Source of the DNA: Perna viridis
Taxonomy: Eukaryota
Length of the DNA stretch: 64,000 nucleotides
Reading direction: 5' to 3'
Assembly (NCBI GenBank): GCA_037379345.1
Contig: CM074520.1
Coordinates: 7,626,001 to 7,690,000, forward strand
The number at the start of each line of letters is the position of its first letter. Position 1 is the first letter of the stretch. Below are positions 13,501-28,369 of this stretch, piece after piece. A program made the position numbers and the translations under genes. The notes below the pieces were generated by a model. The model saw nothing but the letters and a program-made list of their open reading frames with translations. It did no database searches and was not told the DNA's origin.

Positions 13501-16500
13501 ATGTTGCAATTTACCCTTTATATGCAGCCAATTTGTGTCAAACAAATCATCTATTAAGTAGTAGTCTTTGGAAAGATCATGCACTCTGTTATATGTGATA
13601 CACTCCACATTTTTATTTTTGTTATTATGTTGCTTTATAGGTCTGTATAATAAAATGTATTATTATTCATTCCAATCTGTTTGATCTTAGGAGATAATCC
13701 ACATTAAAAATCCAACAGTTTCTATTGTATTTTATTGTTATTAACAGAGGTATCTTCCTTAATTTTGAATTCTACAGTACATTCTATGTAATTTTTATCC
13801 CCTATGAAAAGGGTTATATGAAAAGACATATGTTTATTTCTGTTTACTACAGCATTGTAACAAAATATCAAAAATAAAAATATGTAGGCGTTCCAACCAT
13901 AAATCACATTTTGCATGATTCTTATCTGGAATGATACTTAAATATTTGATTTGGTATAACAAGCTACCAATTTCTGTAAGACACTGGTGTCTGTAAAATG
14001 ATACATACATACCTGTTGTAACTTTGATCCACACTTGTTTTCAAGTACAAATGAGAAATTCACCCGGGAAAGCAGTTTAGAAAATGTAACTTGATCAAGT
14101 TTTGGTCGAACAATGCTGAAGTAAGTGTCAAAGTTCAAGCCTTTTGTTTGAATGTCTGATGCTATAACTTTCATTAGTGATTTCCCTATTTGTACTATCT
14201 TGAGATTTCTGTCAATGATCACATGAAAAGGACATGCCTCACAGAATGTCGATACACCTATTTTTAGGTCGGACGGCTTATCTGAATATGCTGATTGGTG
14301 AACACACACTGTACAGTTACTATTAGACATGCGTTTCTGAGAAGAACTTAGATGAAAGACATGGTGAATACCAACAGATGATTCGCTGGGTTGAACAACA
14401 ATCTCAATCTGAACATTACATAAGTATTCTGCTATTGCAAGTACGATCCCTGCATAATAAGCGAGTAGATGTCGCTTATCTGAGTAAAAGTGCATATCTA
14501 CATTTGTCATTTTGTTCTCACAACGAAACGATGGAGGAATCTGATTTAAAAATTTAGGTGATTTACATATTTCTTCATGAAGTCCATCTAAGTTGCTAAA
14601 GAATTCAACCATATTGCTTCCCATCATCCCTAACGACTTCCCATACTCGGCAAGACAAAGTTTGACATATTCTCCTCCTAGCTGCTTTAGACAGGTTGGA
14701 AGGTCGATTTCTGTTGGACAAAAGATACAAAATCTGGTAAGCATTATTGCTTGTGGTTATCAGCAGTTGATTTTGTTTTAAGTACAAGTCCACATAAAAT
14801 TCAGACACTGCCAATAGTAAAGTGATTCATGGTGTAGAAAAACCCACAGAACAAACAATGCTTTGTCAATCTACATATGCTATATATTTACATAACAATA
14901 TTTATTTCTGTATTCAGATCTGCACTTTTGGGAAAATGTTACATTTATTTCCGACTGAAATCAACCAAATCAAACAAAATCAAGAACAGTGACTCTTGCA
15001 ACGTTCCAATTTCATGTACAATCTATATTTTTTCTCAAAAGCGCAACCACAAAATTGATAAAAACTAAGGCTGGTTATGTGATAAGGAACTAATTCTGAA
15101 CAAGAAATCGAACTGAATTTGGTTGGTTTTTGACATGCATGAATCACCTTCTTTCTGATTTTTATAAGGTCTGATACTTAATATTCCATGGGCTGTATAT
15201 TTTCTGTTTTGCACTTCGACTGTCCAATATCATTTCGAAATGCATCCTATACCTGTACTATATGTCAAAAATGTAGTATTGTTATAGTTCACAGTATTAA
15301 CAGAAGAAAGCTATAAAAAATGTTTTCAGGCTTCAACAAAATCTATCGAGAGATTTGTACATTAAACCTTTTCAATAGCAAATAACTGATTATGAAATAA
15401 AAACAATTAAGTATCACAAATATAACATTAACAACACAATTTTAGTTGATTCATCTTTTTTCAATATTGTTATCATTATATAACATTTTAATATTGGTTT
15501 CTACAAAGTGCTCCCTGTCTGTTTATTCTTATTATATCCTGAGTTGAAAATTAAGTTCAATAAAATGAATTTGGTCACATATTGAATAGTTTCAACTCAA
15601 CTGAAGTCGATAACAAAACATTTACAAAATAAGTCAATGATCATATTGAATTGGAACGAATATTATAAATCCGTTAGTGAATGTATATAGGTTAAAGGTC
15701 AACCAATACAGTCAGAATCTCATTGATTATGTATACATTTGGCAATCTTCTGCAGACAAATGACCTAGAATGTCATCTCCAGGGACGTAGTAATCATAAA
15801 TTGATTGGATTTATAAACCGTGAGTAATTAATATTAGACCTTAATTAAGGCTTTTGATTAACAAATTTTTGCTGAGATTTGTTTCGTTATTGTGTTCACT
15901 TTCATATTGTGTGTTCTAATATAACAGTATTGATGGCCATCCTTCTTTAAAAAAACAACTAAGTATTGCTTTAGAATATCCTGATGTTGTTTTCCCAAAT
16001 ATCAAATATAACCAATATCATATTCTTTAAACAACAACAACATTAGCTTTTTAATGAAACAATACAATTATTTATATTTCACATACAAACATGTTCAAAG
16101 CAAACAAAACTTAACTTCACCTGACTGACCGTGAAGTCTAACTCACAAGTCCTCCCAAAAGGAAATACAAAATTTAACAAGTACTATCTTTAAAAGAAGA
16201 TAACCAACGCAGTAAAATTTATTCTTTTTACTTATTATGTTCTACATTTCATACAGGAATAACACATAGCACGCAATTTCATTTTTTTTTTCAAACGACA
16301 CTTAGTTATTAGTATAATGCCAACCAGGAATCAGAATTGCCATCAGAAAACTTGCGTTTCCATGAAAGAGCGTCTTTGAGGCTAAAAAGTAAAAAGTGAA
16401 GCTATGCCGACTGCGTTTGAAAAAATATAAAATATTATACTATTTTAAAAAGAAGTAGTATCAGAGTGGCTTATAAGAAAGTAAGTATTTCAATTTAAAT

Positions 16501-19500
16501 TGCTTGGATATAGTTGAATGATTCTTTATTTGATAAAAAGCAAACAAACGAAAACAAACTTAGTATTTCTAGTTTACATGTATTTTATGTTTAACTGCTG
16601 AAGCCAGCACCTGATTCCACCTAATATCTTAACCCTTTATAGTCGTCATGGAATTCTCATAGATACACTTACACTTAAGAGTATTCTATTAAGATTTGTA
16701 TAATTTAATTATAAGCCCAAAAATTTCAAATGAAACTCAGTACAATAATTCAACCTTACTTTTGAGTAACTTAATCAAATATGTAAAATCAATCAGTTTT
16801 AATTATTTAACTAAAATACAAATATTTTTTCAGTTATTTCTGTAATACAGATTTGTTTTCCTGATTACTTTTCTTACGATTTGCAATTTAAACAGTGGTC
16901 GGATCAATATAGAATAGACTTTTCTATAATTTTACAATATTCATGTAAATTATCTTTACCACAACTGACTAGTCATAGTATTTTTTTTCATTTGAACCGT
17001 TGATACACTAATTGTTTTTTAAAGTCTCAGCCCGGATAGAGTGAGGATTGTTTTCAAAGGCGAAAAATATTCTGTCCTAATTCTATACAAAAAGTACAAG
17101 GTATCTGCTAAAGGGCTAGATATGGGAGCTAATTTATTGTTTGATAGGGAAAGGGGACGTAATAATAAGCCTTAAGAATTGGCTTCATTTCGCAAATTAA
17201 TTATGATTTATAAAACTTCTTATATTTGACAAACATCTCATAGTTGTGGCAAAGGCACCATAACTTTTCCACATATACAATGCAACAATTGAATATCTCT
17301 AGTTTCTGAATAAAAATAATATCAAGAATTACATACGTAATGCAGTAGATGCTGCACGACACATGCTGAGTATAGATTCTTGGTCCACCGGATAATGTCG
17401 GAGTTCAGTGTCTATAAAGGCAGTGGTAAAAGTAACTTCGTCAATACCACAGGTTTTTCTAAAAAGATAAGGAAAAATAATTATAAAAAATTGTAAATAC
17501 ACTGATAAGTGTGCGCTACTGGTCTACTGGAACTAAAAACTCAAACACAATTCAACTTTGTGTGCGAATCTATCATAAAATTTCTACATTTCGTGCAGGA
17601 AAGTCATTTTACAATAGGTTGTCTATATATTTTAATTTTAAATCGAGTTCTGGATATTCGTTTTATTGAATAAGTAGTTTTCGTAATATTTTTTTATCCA
17701 TTTCTCTCATTTCTTGTTAACAAGATGATATCTCAGTTTTAAAATGTGCATTAACATCCTAGACAAACTTTACGTACTCACAAAACATAATCAAAGAGTA
17801 GATAAAAAGCAGTCTTCATACATTTGAGAATATGTAATTGGTCACTTTTTTTCCTCTTATTGTTTATGGTTACCTTGCTATGTTGATTGCATTGTGTCCC
17901 TTTTTCTCCAACAAGTTTGAAAACGCCCTATAAATAAAACCAGCCTGAAAAAAGGTTTTGCTTTATTAATCTTACTGCAAAGATACAGTTTGTATTAAGT
18001 ACCAGTCTTTCTAAAAATCAGACAAACGGTGATTCATGCATGTTAAAAACCCACCAAAGTTATTTCTTATTCACAAACAGTTATTGATCACACAACCAGT
18101 CTTAATTTTCATTAGGTTGTTGCGTTTTGGAGATAAAAATCATATAGATTGTAGATGAAATTTGCACTTTGGAGAATTATCGTTCTTGAATTGGATTTAT
18201 TTGGTAGATTTCATTGGGAGGTGAATGTATGATTTTCTTAAAAGCGCAGATCTGAATGCAGAAAAGATTGTTGTTATGTGAAAGTATAGCATATGTATAC
18301 TGAAAAAAACAGCGTATATTTGGTGGGATTCTCTTCACCATGAATCACTTTACCATTGGCAGTGTCTGAATGTTAAGTGGACTAGTACGTAATTCACTAA
18401 AATAATAAATAAATTAATAATAAATCATTGGACAAATAATAGAGATAGAAGTATTACCATTCAAGAGTACCCTGCCATACACATATCTGGAATTGTATTA
18501 TATAAGTAGCATGCATGGTCAACACAAACTTATATCTTTGTTACTGTTGTCATTTGTCTATTTTTACATTTAGCAGATGATGTCTCTTAAAATAGAAGTA
18601 TTTTAATAAAGTCATATCTCGTGACATTGTAATCTGAAGATTCATTTTTACCGGTGCACCTGGTCCATGCTCCCAGTTTTTAGTAGAGTCCGAGTTGCTC
18701 ATTTGCTTTTGTTACTTTGTTTGTATGATTTTAGTTACTTTATGTTCTTTGTTGTGTATGACTGTTTTCCATGTCTGGTCTTTGTCCCTGGATTACATTC
18801 TTTTGATTACCGCTGTAACCTTGGTTCCCTTGATTACTCTTTCAAGAATTCAAAAGATTCAGAATGACTTATCATTATGACCAATCAGTTTTGATTTAAT
18901 ACCGGTAGTCAGTAAGTGATCTCATTTCAATACTGACAGTTTTGAGTTAAAAATCTATTTATCATTTTTAACCGGTATAAGCATTACAATGCCCATACTG
19001 TGTAGCGTTCATTATTTGGCAGCATATAACTTTTATTTTCTATCAAAACTCTCAATTTTGCAAATTGCTCCGTCTTCAAAAAATAAAAAAATAGAATTGT
19101 CGACCGCAGAATTGAAATTCACATGCTATGCTTTGGTGACTGTGAGCAGTGTTCACGATTCAAATTGTATAAGATTAATAATACCATCATATTATTTTCT
19201 ATATATTGATGTTATCAACATCATCAGGGCGTCACTGCATATGGATGGGATTTTGAAGTGGGAAAACCGAAATGAATGTATAACATAATTGAGAATACAA
19301 ACTACTCATCTTATTAATTTTGCAAAGTACGATGCACGTGTTTCAAGGAGTAACCTTTCATCAGAGCAATAGAATCGTATACATTAAAAGATCTTAATCC
19401 AAAAGTAAATTGTATACAGGAAGGACTTAAAATCCAAACTAATGAAATACAAAATGTAGGAGACAAATACATCACAAAGACGTTCTACCATTTGCAGTAC

Positions 19501-22500
19501 AGTGATTGAAGTCTCAGTGGTTAAGGTATTTTGAAATTTATAATATTGCTAAACCGTATTAAACTCATTACTCTGCTTGTTTGTGTCTTGATATCTTAAC
19601 TTGTTTTGTGTTGTTTGTTTTGTGTAAGTTTCGACTATCATTTTGTTCAAATCTATGGGTAACAGCATTTGTGGTAGGTTATCACTTTTTCAATGGCACT
19701 GATATAGATATCGTAAGTATTTCTGTTTTTTTTATAAATATGAAATGGAACCAGGTATTGCGCAATGATAACATGTAGTGTAAGTACAACTAATTAGTGT
19801 GAGATAATCACTATAGACACCCACTAATAAACAAAAAGTTGACATACAACAGAAATAATTCACATTATGTGTCAAAAATTTATAACAGTGATAGTTCAAA
19901 AGAAAAGGTCTAAATTTTAACCTCCTTCCACTGAACCAAATCACAACTTTTTGTCAGAATTGATTAATAAAAACAAATCCCATGTAATTTTAACCTATTT
20001 TCTACCAATAAGAGGCAAACCTTCAGCAAATAAGTTTCCAGTAAAAATATGAAAGAAAATGTGGAAGGTACCTACTACCAAAGTTGGAACTATATACAAC
20101 GAAAAGCAAGGGGAATTAATTGTTGTAGATTTAGAGTAATGCATACCTTTGCACGTAGACACTAGAAATACAACTAATAAATCTTTGTTGAAAAACTTTT
20201 AATTAACGTTGATTTTTGTTTAATAGAGGCAATTGATAGACATGAATAAGAAAACATTCCGTATCACGAGTTTGTACGACGTTATTTTAATACTAATCCA
20301 TTGTGACACTGGCATTAAGGCTACCTTTCAAAATTTTAGATGTTTTAATTTTGAATTATAATATTGTATGACGAAATAAATCGACATTATCAAAAGAGAT
20401 GAAATTTAAAAAGTTATCAAACAGAAATAGCAAATTATGCCAATGAATAAAAGCCTATGTGTTAAAACAGACCCATAATTATCTCTTTTACAAGAAAAAA
20501 AATATTCTGATTCGATCAAATCCTATCTATTATATTAAACTGGAAAAAATATACTGAAACAATGCCTATATGTTTTACCAACAGGAGGAATTTAGTGTGC
20601 TGAAATAGTATACTTACTCGTTTTGAAAAACCAGGAAGTATTTACCGCAATGGTTAACCTCAGATTTATCATAAAAGATTTAAAGACATCAGAATTAATA
20701 TAAACTCAAGGAACTCAGAAATCTATAAATACTTTTGATAGAAGAATTTAGTGCTAATAAAACGTTCCATATGCCAGAATCGTATACCCCGAGATAATTC
20801 TACTTGACGTCTGTTTATCACAGATTGGCGATAGAATAAATATGTACGATCGCTGGAACATCTATTTAAAGAAACCGTTTGTCGTTTCAACAACAGATTT
20901 GTTTTATCTTCCTTTTTATATGGAATTTAAATGCAAACTTTTTTTTTTTTTTTTTTTTTGTTGTTGTTCTTCATGACTCAAAGTCATGATTTGAATTAAA
21001 TTGTCCTAACTTTGAATACCTAGTACAACGATAAGAAATAAAGTCCAAATCATTATGAAAAGGGTGGTAACTAAATTCGGTAGTCTGTAATGTCAAGTGT
21101 AAAAACATTGGCCAGTTTGTACAATATTTCCGTGTTGCTCATTTGCTTTTGTTACTTTGTATGTATGAATTTAGTTACTTTATGTTCTTTGCTGTGTATG
21201 TCGGTTTTCCATGTCTGGTCTTTGTCCCTGGATTGCATTCTTTTGATTACCGTTATAACCTTGGTTTCCTTGATTACTCTTAGTGTATTTAGGCAGACCT
21301 GGGGTAATTTTGGTGTTTAATAGTAAATGTGTAATGTAATATGGCCAATTTCAACGTAAGATTAAAGTAGCTTTCTAGAAAATGAAATGAAAGAAAGCCC
21401 ATCAACAGTTTTGCATGAAAGTTTTAGTCAAAATATGTATATAACTTTAATAATGATGCCAGTAGGACTGTCCTAACGGGAAAACAAAGTAAGAAAGATC
21501 ACAACGTCGTTTTCCACCAATCAGATTTTATCGAATATGCTTTACACAACAACCAATCACAACGAAGATTTTTTTATATCACTAGTTCATATCACATCGT
21601 CCACTGCGTGATATCGCACATATTTAGTCGTTAAAGAAGTAGATATAACGACCAAGTCATGGAGAAAACAAAATATCTAGCAATCCAAGAAGTAGGTAAA
21701 ACGGCAAAATCGTAGAGAATGATAGATATGATATATCTATACTCCAAACCTTAAGCTAAACAGAATTGGCATGCTTAAAAAATATATCTTCTGAGGTTCC
21801 CTTGACATATGAGCTAATCTATAAAATGAAATTGCCAGAAACTTCTGTATTGTTTTAAATAAGATTAATAGCTTTGCATGATTTGAAGACATTTATTGTC
21901 ATTCTTGAAACGGAATAAAGATGGTTTTAATGAATAATTTTAAAATTGATTACAATATTTTCATACTGTCATTAAATTGATAGTCTTTGTAGCCATCCAT
22001 TATAATCTTTCTTCCATTAAATCAAAATCATGAACCCATTACTTTTACAACATTTTAGGCACAATCACCGAAAACAACCATAGATAACTAAATTATTTTG
22101 TTAATTTTACATGGTATGAGTAAGTTTCTTCTTTGTCAATGAATGAAGTATTGTGTAGGCTTTTGTTTAAAGAGTAGATTTTAAAACGTTCTTTTCGAAA
22201 GCAGTTTTGTTCAGAGTGAACCATTTTTAAATATGGCTTTTCAACTGTTTATTTTCTTTTTCATGCCGTGGCTTTACCTTAATTAATGAAGTACAAAAAC
22301 AAAACACATCGATTTTACAAATTATATTTTAACAATGTCATTTGTAGCAACTTCTTTACGCCATTTGGTGTCATCTAGTACATTGAGTGAAGTCAAAAAG
22401 AATTTCGACCAATCAATATCAGTGAAAAAAATGAGTGAAAGAAACAAAAAATATCAAACAAACAATAAAAATACTTCACTCCCACGGAATCGTTTTTCAT

Positions 22501-25500
22501 ATACAATACTGTTGTCGCAGGTATTTTTATATGATTGCAATAAGGAATTGAATAAACTTTTAGGTGCTTATTAGAAAATTATTTGATATTTTTATATCAG
22601 CGTCTTTCTGTTTTGTTTCTTTGTTTCCATGGTTGTGTATATATCTCTTCATCATTAAAGATTGACCTAACTTAACTATTGGGGGCAGAACTTGAATTGG
22701 CATTGTAGTCTTTAGCCGGTCGAAGTAACTTCCTGAAGTATCCATTAGTGATAGGAGTAAAGTAGTAATTATATTACAACACTCAAACAATTCAAAAATA
22801 ATCCTATAATCATTCTTATGGATTGCAATACTTAGATCTTAGCTATAATTTTGACCGGGACTTTGCCATATGAGCTGATGTAAAACCACACTTAGTAACC
22901 TTGTGTGAGACAACATTAAGCTTCTGTAACTATTCAGTACAGACCAAGATTCTTCCTAACGTCAACGAGAAGACAAGATTAATGTCATTTGACACCCCGA
23001 AGTTCCTCATTTTCTCAATAACGACAAAAGAATTTTAGAAATTAAAAAATCAGTCTCCTTTTCCGTCTGATCTGGAACATTAACATACATTACAAAGTTT
23101 CAAGCGTTCGAATTATAATTGAATAAATATCAATACTCCCAAGGAATTTGACGGACTTAAGCATTTTTGTAGTGATGAAAGCTCACAACTGAATAACACT
23201 TATTCTTAAGCAAATTAAACTTGTAACATAGTGGATTTTATTTAAGCAGCTAAACGATCTTAGGCTACTTCTCAGATTAAATACAGAAATCTCGTTCATC
23301 GTAGTCTAGTATCAGTATACAATCACGTGACATGTTTTGTTCTAATTTTTTAATTGATTAACAGTTCGTAGACAAAAATTTCTAGCAAACACTTAACATC
23401 TTTTTAAAGATTCAAAAGCTGTCTATTCCGGTATAGTTTTTCATTTAGTAATTTATATTTTTAACTATCATCTTAAAACTACCTTGATTATCTAAAGATG
23501 AAACACAACTTCTTACACAAAAAATATTTCGACTTCATAACAAAAACGAAACATTTCCTAAACAACTAATATGTTATGTGATAATAGAACTAAACTCTTA
23601 TTCATTTTAGACAGGAAAAAGGTAACATATTTTTTAAAGATAATTTTGACTTAACGGGTTAAAGGGTTACCAAGGAAACCATGATTCTATCGGAAACCAA
23701 AAGAATGTAATCCAAAGACAAAGACCAGACATGGAAAACAGACAAACACAACAAAGAACATAAAGTAACTAAAATATTGCATACAAAGTAACAAAGGTAA
23801 ATGAGCAACTGGAACTCCACTACAAACTGAGAGCAAGGACCAGATGCACCGGGAGGGTAAGCGACCTCTGCTATTCTAGAAGATAGACAAAAGAGGAAAG
23901 GAAAACTATGACACGTTGAACAAATCAGTTTTCATGGTGCTGATGGATAAATCATAACGATCCACGAGTTCATGATGACGACCATAAAGTTTCTGTAGTG
24001 ATGACTTCAGATGCCAATTTGTTAGAATTCCAGCAAGATACAAAAAGTCTGCGTAAATACGGCAAGCTCTGGCATAACGTATAAGTTGTGATATGAAAAC
24101 TACATACGCAGGTGATGAAGGGATGTTGCCACAGACGAAAGGAAAGTTGACGATTCTAAATGAAAATTCATCGTAAAGTTTGGTCAGTAGTTTTCCTTTA
24201 CCATTGATCTCTAAGTGTATGTCAAAATAAGAGGCTGACTTCATAGTGTCTGTTGTATCCTTAATCTCAAATTCTTTGGGGTAGATGCGATGTATCAAAC
24301 CCCCGAAACTAGGATTGGTTTAAGGTAATACGTCATTTAAATAGCGGAAACTAAGATTAAATGATATAGCTAAACGATGTTCTTTCTTTCGGTTAGGATC
24401 AGCTATAAAGTCAGTTTCATAAGAGTGAAGGAATAGGTCAGCAAGTAGAGGAGCACAATTTGTTCCCATTGGAATGCCGACTGATTGTTAAAAACAAACT
24501 ATCAATGAAATCCACAAATACAAATTTCAACGCACCAATGACATTAATTCAAATAGTCCACTACATTCACCAAAACAGATCTATAGATAGCACAGCGATC
24601 TATGAATTACTGCGTACATAGCGAAAATTAGACACCAAAAAAATATACGGTATTCACTGCAAAAAAACGACGGGAGAATAATTTATTTTGAACTTGGAAT
24701 AGCACTGAGAGTATGCAGTGTGATAAGAAAAGTGCAGTTGACTTTCTGCACATTCAACAATAAGGATTAAGAAGTACAATACTGACGTAATAAAACAATT
24801 GTGATACCAACGCTTTTGAGAACGTCCTGACATTTAAAGTAGTCCGTGATCTAATTTGGAATTAAGACAGACATATTCAGAGTTGAGTGTGACATGTTTA
24901 ATTTAGTTTTAATTCACAATTTTATGACTCGATCAGTTATTCATTTCTGTTTGCAATTAATTTATCAAGAGCAATTACGATTAGATATTTGGTTTCCTGA
25001 GACAAAAATCAAATTCAATTATACTTTATTTACAATAAATCTTAATTCCGCCTACTCTATTGCACACGTGTAATGTAAAAGACTTTTACATTCCACTCGA
25101 CCAATTTCTTCTTTAGTCAAATTTATCGCAAATTTATTTTGCAATTATATCCACGCTCATTTATTGGGAAATTGTAAACAAAGTTGATTATATAAAAAAA
25201 AATAACACACACATAAAACCTGCTGCATCTAAAGTATTAATTCTGAAAATTACACATAAAATATAGCAATATAATAAAAATGAAGTGTTGGGGTACGCTA
25301 TACTGCCCTGCACTTTCTAATGCAAATAGGTCAAAAAGGTTTCAAAAGACAAGACATACAACTCATTAAAATGCTTGCCTACCTAATTGCAAGCCATTTG
25401 GGCATCTGTATTGCACAAATTTCTAGAATGAGCGAATGTAACTCAATACGAAATTTTCTACATTTTATAAATCCACACAGCTGTATAATAAAAAACATTC

Positions 25501-28330
25501 TGTTAGATTGAATGCATAAATATCATATGGGAATGGCAATAAATTAGATCTAAGTCATTTGGGCTGAATATTAGTTTCCTTTCGAGGTAATCAACTGTAT
25601 TTAGAACTGAATTTTGGGTTATTTGTCGTATAACTTGACAAGCTATAAAATCGTTTAAAATCCACTATATACGATTAGGATATTATATGGCTTCTTTGAT
25701 CGAACGATGGTTGGAACGTTATAAATTCATCCATAATTGGTTACATGCAAATTAAACATTAATCTATAGGATTCCAGCACAGACTAAAGAAGATTATAAA
25801 TTGTATGAATGTTGAAGTACATTTTTAAAACGCAAGTATGAAATTATTTTTTTTATTAAAGAGTAACCTTGCCGTAAAATTGCATAACAAGATCACATTT
25901 TTTATATAAAATGCTTCAATCTCACACTTTATATACGCAACTTATCTGATAATTTGTTTGATATTAAAAGATCTAAATAATAAATATTGTAAATAAATAA
26001 CAAATAACAAATCTAAGAGTCGTTGTTAAATTGATTTGGTAAGATACATTAAATAACCTTCTGTTTTCTTTAAAACAACTTCTGAGTTGCTTAATTACTG
26101 TTAGGTTTTTATTTTCTTATAATCCGCTGGCTTTATATAATTTTCAGATATAACAATTCCATATTTAGAACCAGGTTGTGATTACAAAAGTTTTATGAAA
26201 AAAATGACGACACCAAATACATGTCTGCGTATTTCCCATTTTAAAGGTACAGGAAATTTAGGTTCACAGAATTAACCGTTTTGTGTGTCAAAAAGAAACA
26301 ACATTTCCTGTCAACTATTCCTCTTAACTATAGTAGATTGTGAGTTAATCCCCATCCAAGACTTAGTTTTCCTTTCCTATTTGTTATATGACAACAATCT
26401 GTTATTATACAAAACTCCTTCACAGGCATGTTATCAGATTCCAGCAGTTGTTTTACTTTGCAAGCTGAATAAGTAGAAAATTGATTTTTAATACATGTAT
26501 ATTGAACAATTTGTTCTATATAGGGACATGGGTAAAAGGTGCCTTACATAGGTGCCTGTCTCTTAAAACGAAATACTCATATTAAAAATAAAATATTCTC
26601 TGTAGGGAGGTTTTAAGACAATAAAACTTTCTATCGCCCCTGTCGGTAGACACTATTAATATTTTGCTTTTCTTTATCAGCCAACTTTCTCGGTCAATCA
26701 GTCCACATTCTGTAATCAACACTGAACTGACTGCAAATTATACAAATCAACACCATAAATAAAGTTTCTTTTGGTAAAATACAATTCTTATTAGGGAAAG
26801 TCAGTATTTAGAGTAGGGTCATCAAGGATAAATTGGTAGCTTCCCAAGAAATAAACCAAGCGTTTATTATTAACAGGACTCCTGATAATTGGTGATTTAT
26901 TACCATAGGCAATAACGGTCTAGATAGACTAATGTCACTAAAATACTTGAAATATATCACTTAAGCAATGCTTTTGTGAATTATGTTCTATTTAGGCTCA
27001 ACTCTTAAAATGTGGTCAGACCGTAAGACAATATTGAGATCTAGATAAATGCTCAATCGTCCTTTTGCGACTATGTTAAAAAAACTGTGTTTTGCTTATG
27101 AAAACAATTTGCCAGTGTGAGAATTTTATATAAAATAAAAAAGTGGAATTTGATTCAAATCACTACAAATTGAACAATTGTAATAATAAAATAAAAAAAT
27201 AATTAAAAAGTATTTCCATACTATAATTATGCATATGCTTTTCCCTTTTCTGTCCCATAGTAAACATCGTTATGGTGTATCCATCTGCACCATGAAAACT
27301 GATTTATTCAACGGGTCATAGTTTTCCTTTCCTCGTTTGTCTACCCCGGACTTGACGTTTTATGAGCAATTGGGCAGGTGTTTCTAGAAAAGCAGAGGAC
27401 GCTTACCCTACCGGTGCACCTGGTCCATAATTCCAGTTTTTAGTGGAGTCCGAGTTGTTCATTTGCTTTTGTTACTTTGTATGTATGATTTTGGTTACTT
27501 TATGTTCTTTGGTATGTATGTCTGTTTTCCATGTCTGGTCTTTGTCCCTTTATTACATTCTTTTGATTACCGCTATAACCTTGGTTCCCTTGATTACACT
27601 TTCAATAAAACACTTATTTTGTTATGTAAATAACAAGATATAAGCAAATAAAGCTCACTAAAGAATAACCCAGCTCTCCATCCAATAAATCATATGGCCA
27701 AAATATTTAAACACAACATAAAACTGATGTGGCATCAGTAAGAAATCGAATATCTATACAAAGCTCATGTCAACAGATCAATGGATGTGTAGTTAATGTA
27801 AAAACGTTGTGGACAGATGGACGGACGGAGCACTTTTTTCCTCAAACAAAGCGGAAGTGTAATAACATAGAATAAAAACAATATAAAGACAGCACATTGC
27901 CATAAAATGTGATTTGTCTTCTTAGTAAACAAAATGTTAACATATTCTGTATCCAGTATTGTAAGAAAGAAATGTCGAAATAAAGAAATCTTATACAATC
28001 TATGGTATATAAAAAATTAAAAAGCACGTGTTACAATTTATAACTGTTTTACCAATTGTTTCTAATACAAACAGATCATGTACATATTGTTAGTGGTAAT
28101 TCGAATGTTTATTCGCCACATTTGATTGATATACAATTGTATTAATATCTATCAGACATATTGAATAAATATTAACTTGGTTTCTGTTTTAATTACAAGT
28201 TCTAGTCAAATATTTTGATTTAACCATTTGTTTGCATAAGGTATATACGAGTTTTATAAAATCTACAATACTCTAATGTCTAGTATAAACTGAAATCATT
28301 AGCTACTTTTATAATGGGGTGTTCTAGGCG

Positions 28331-28369
<39 letters not shown>

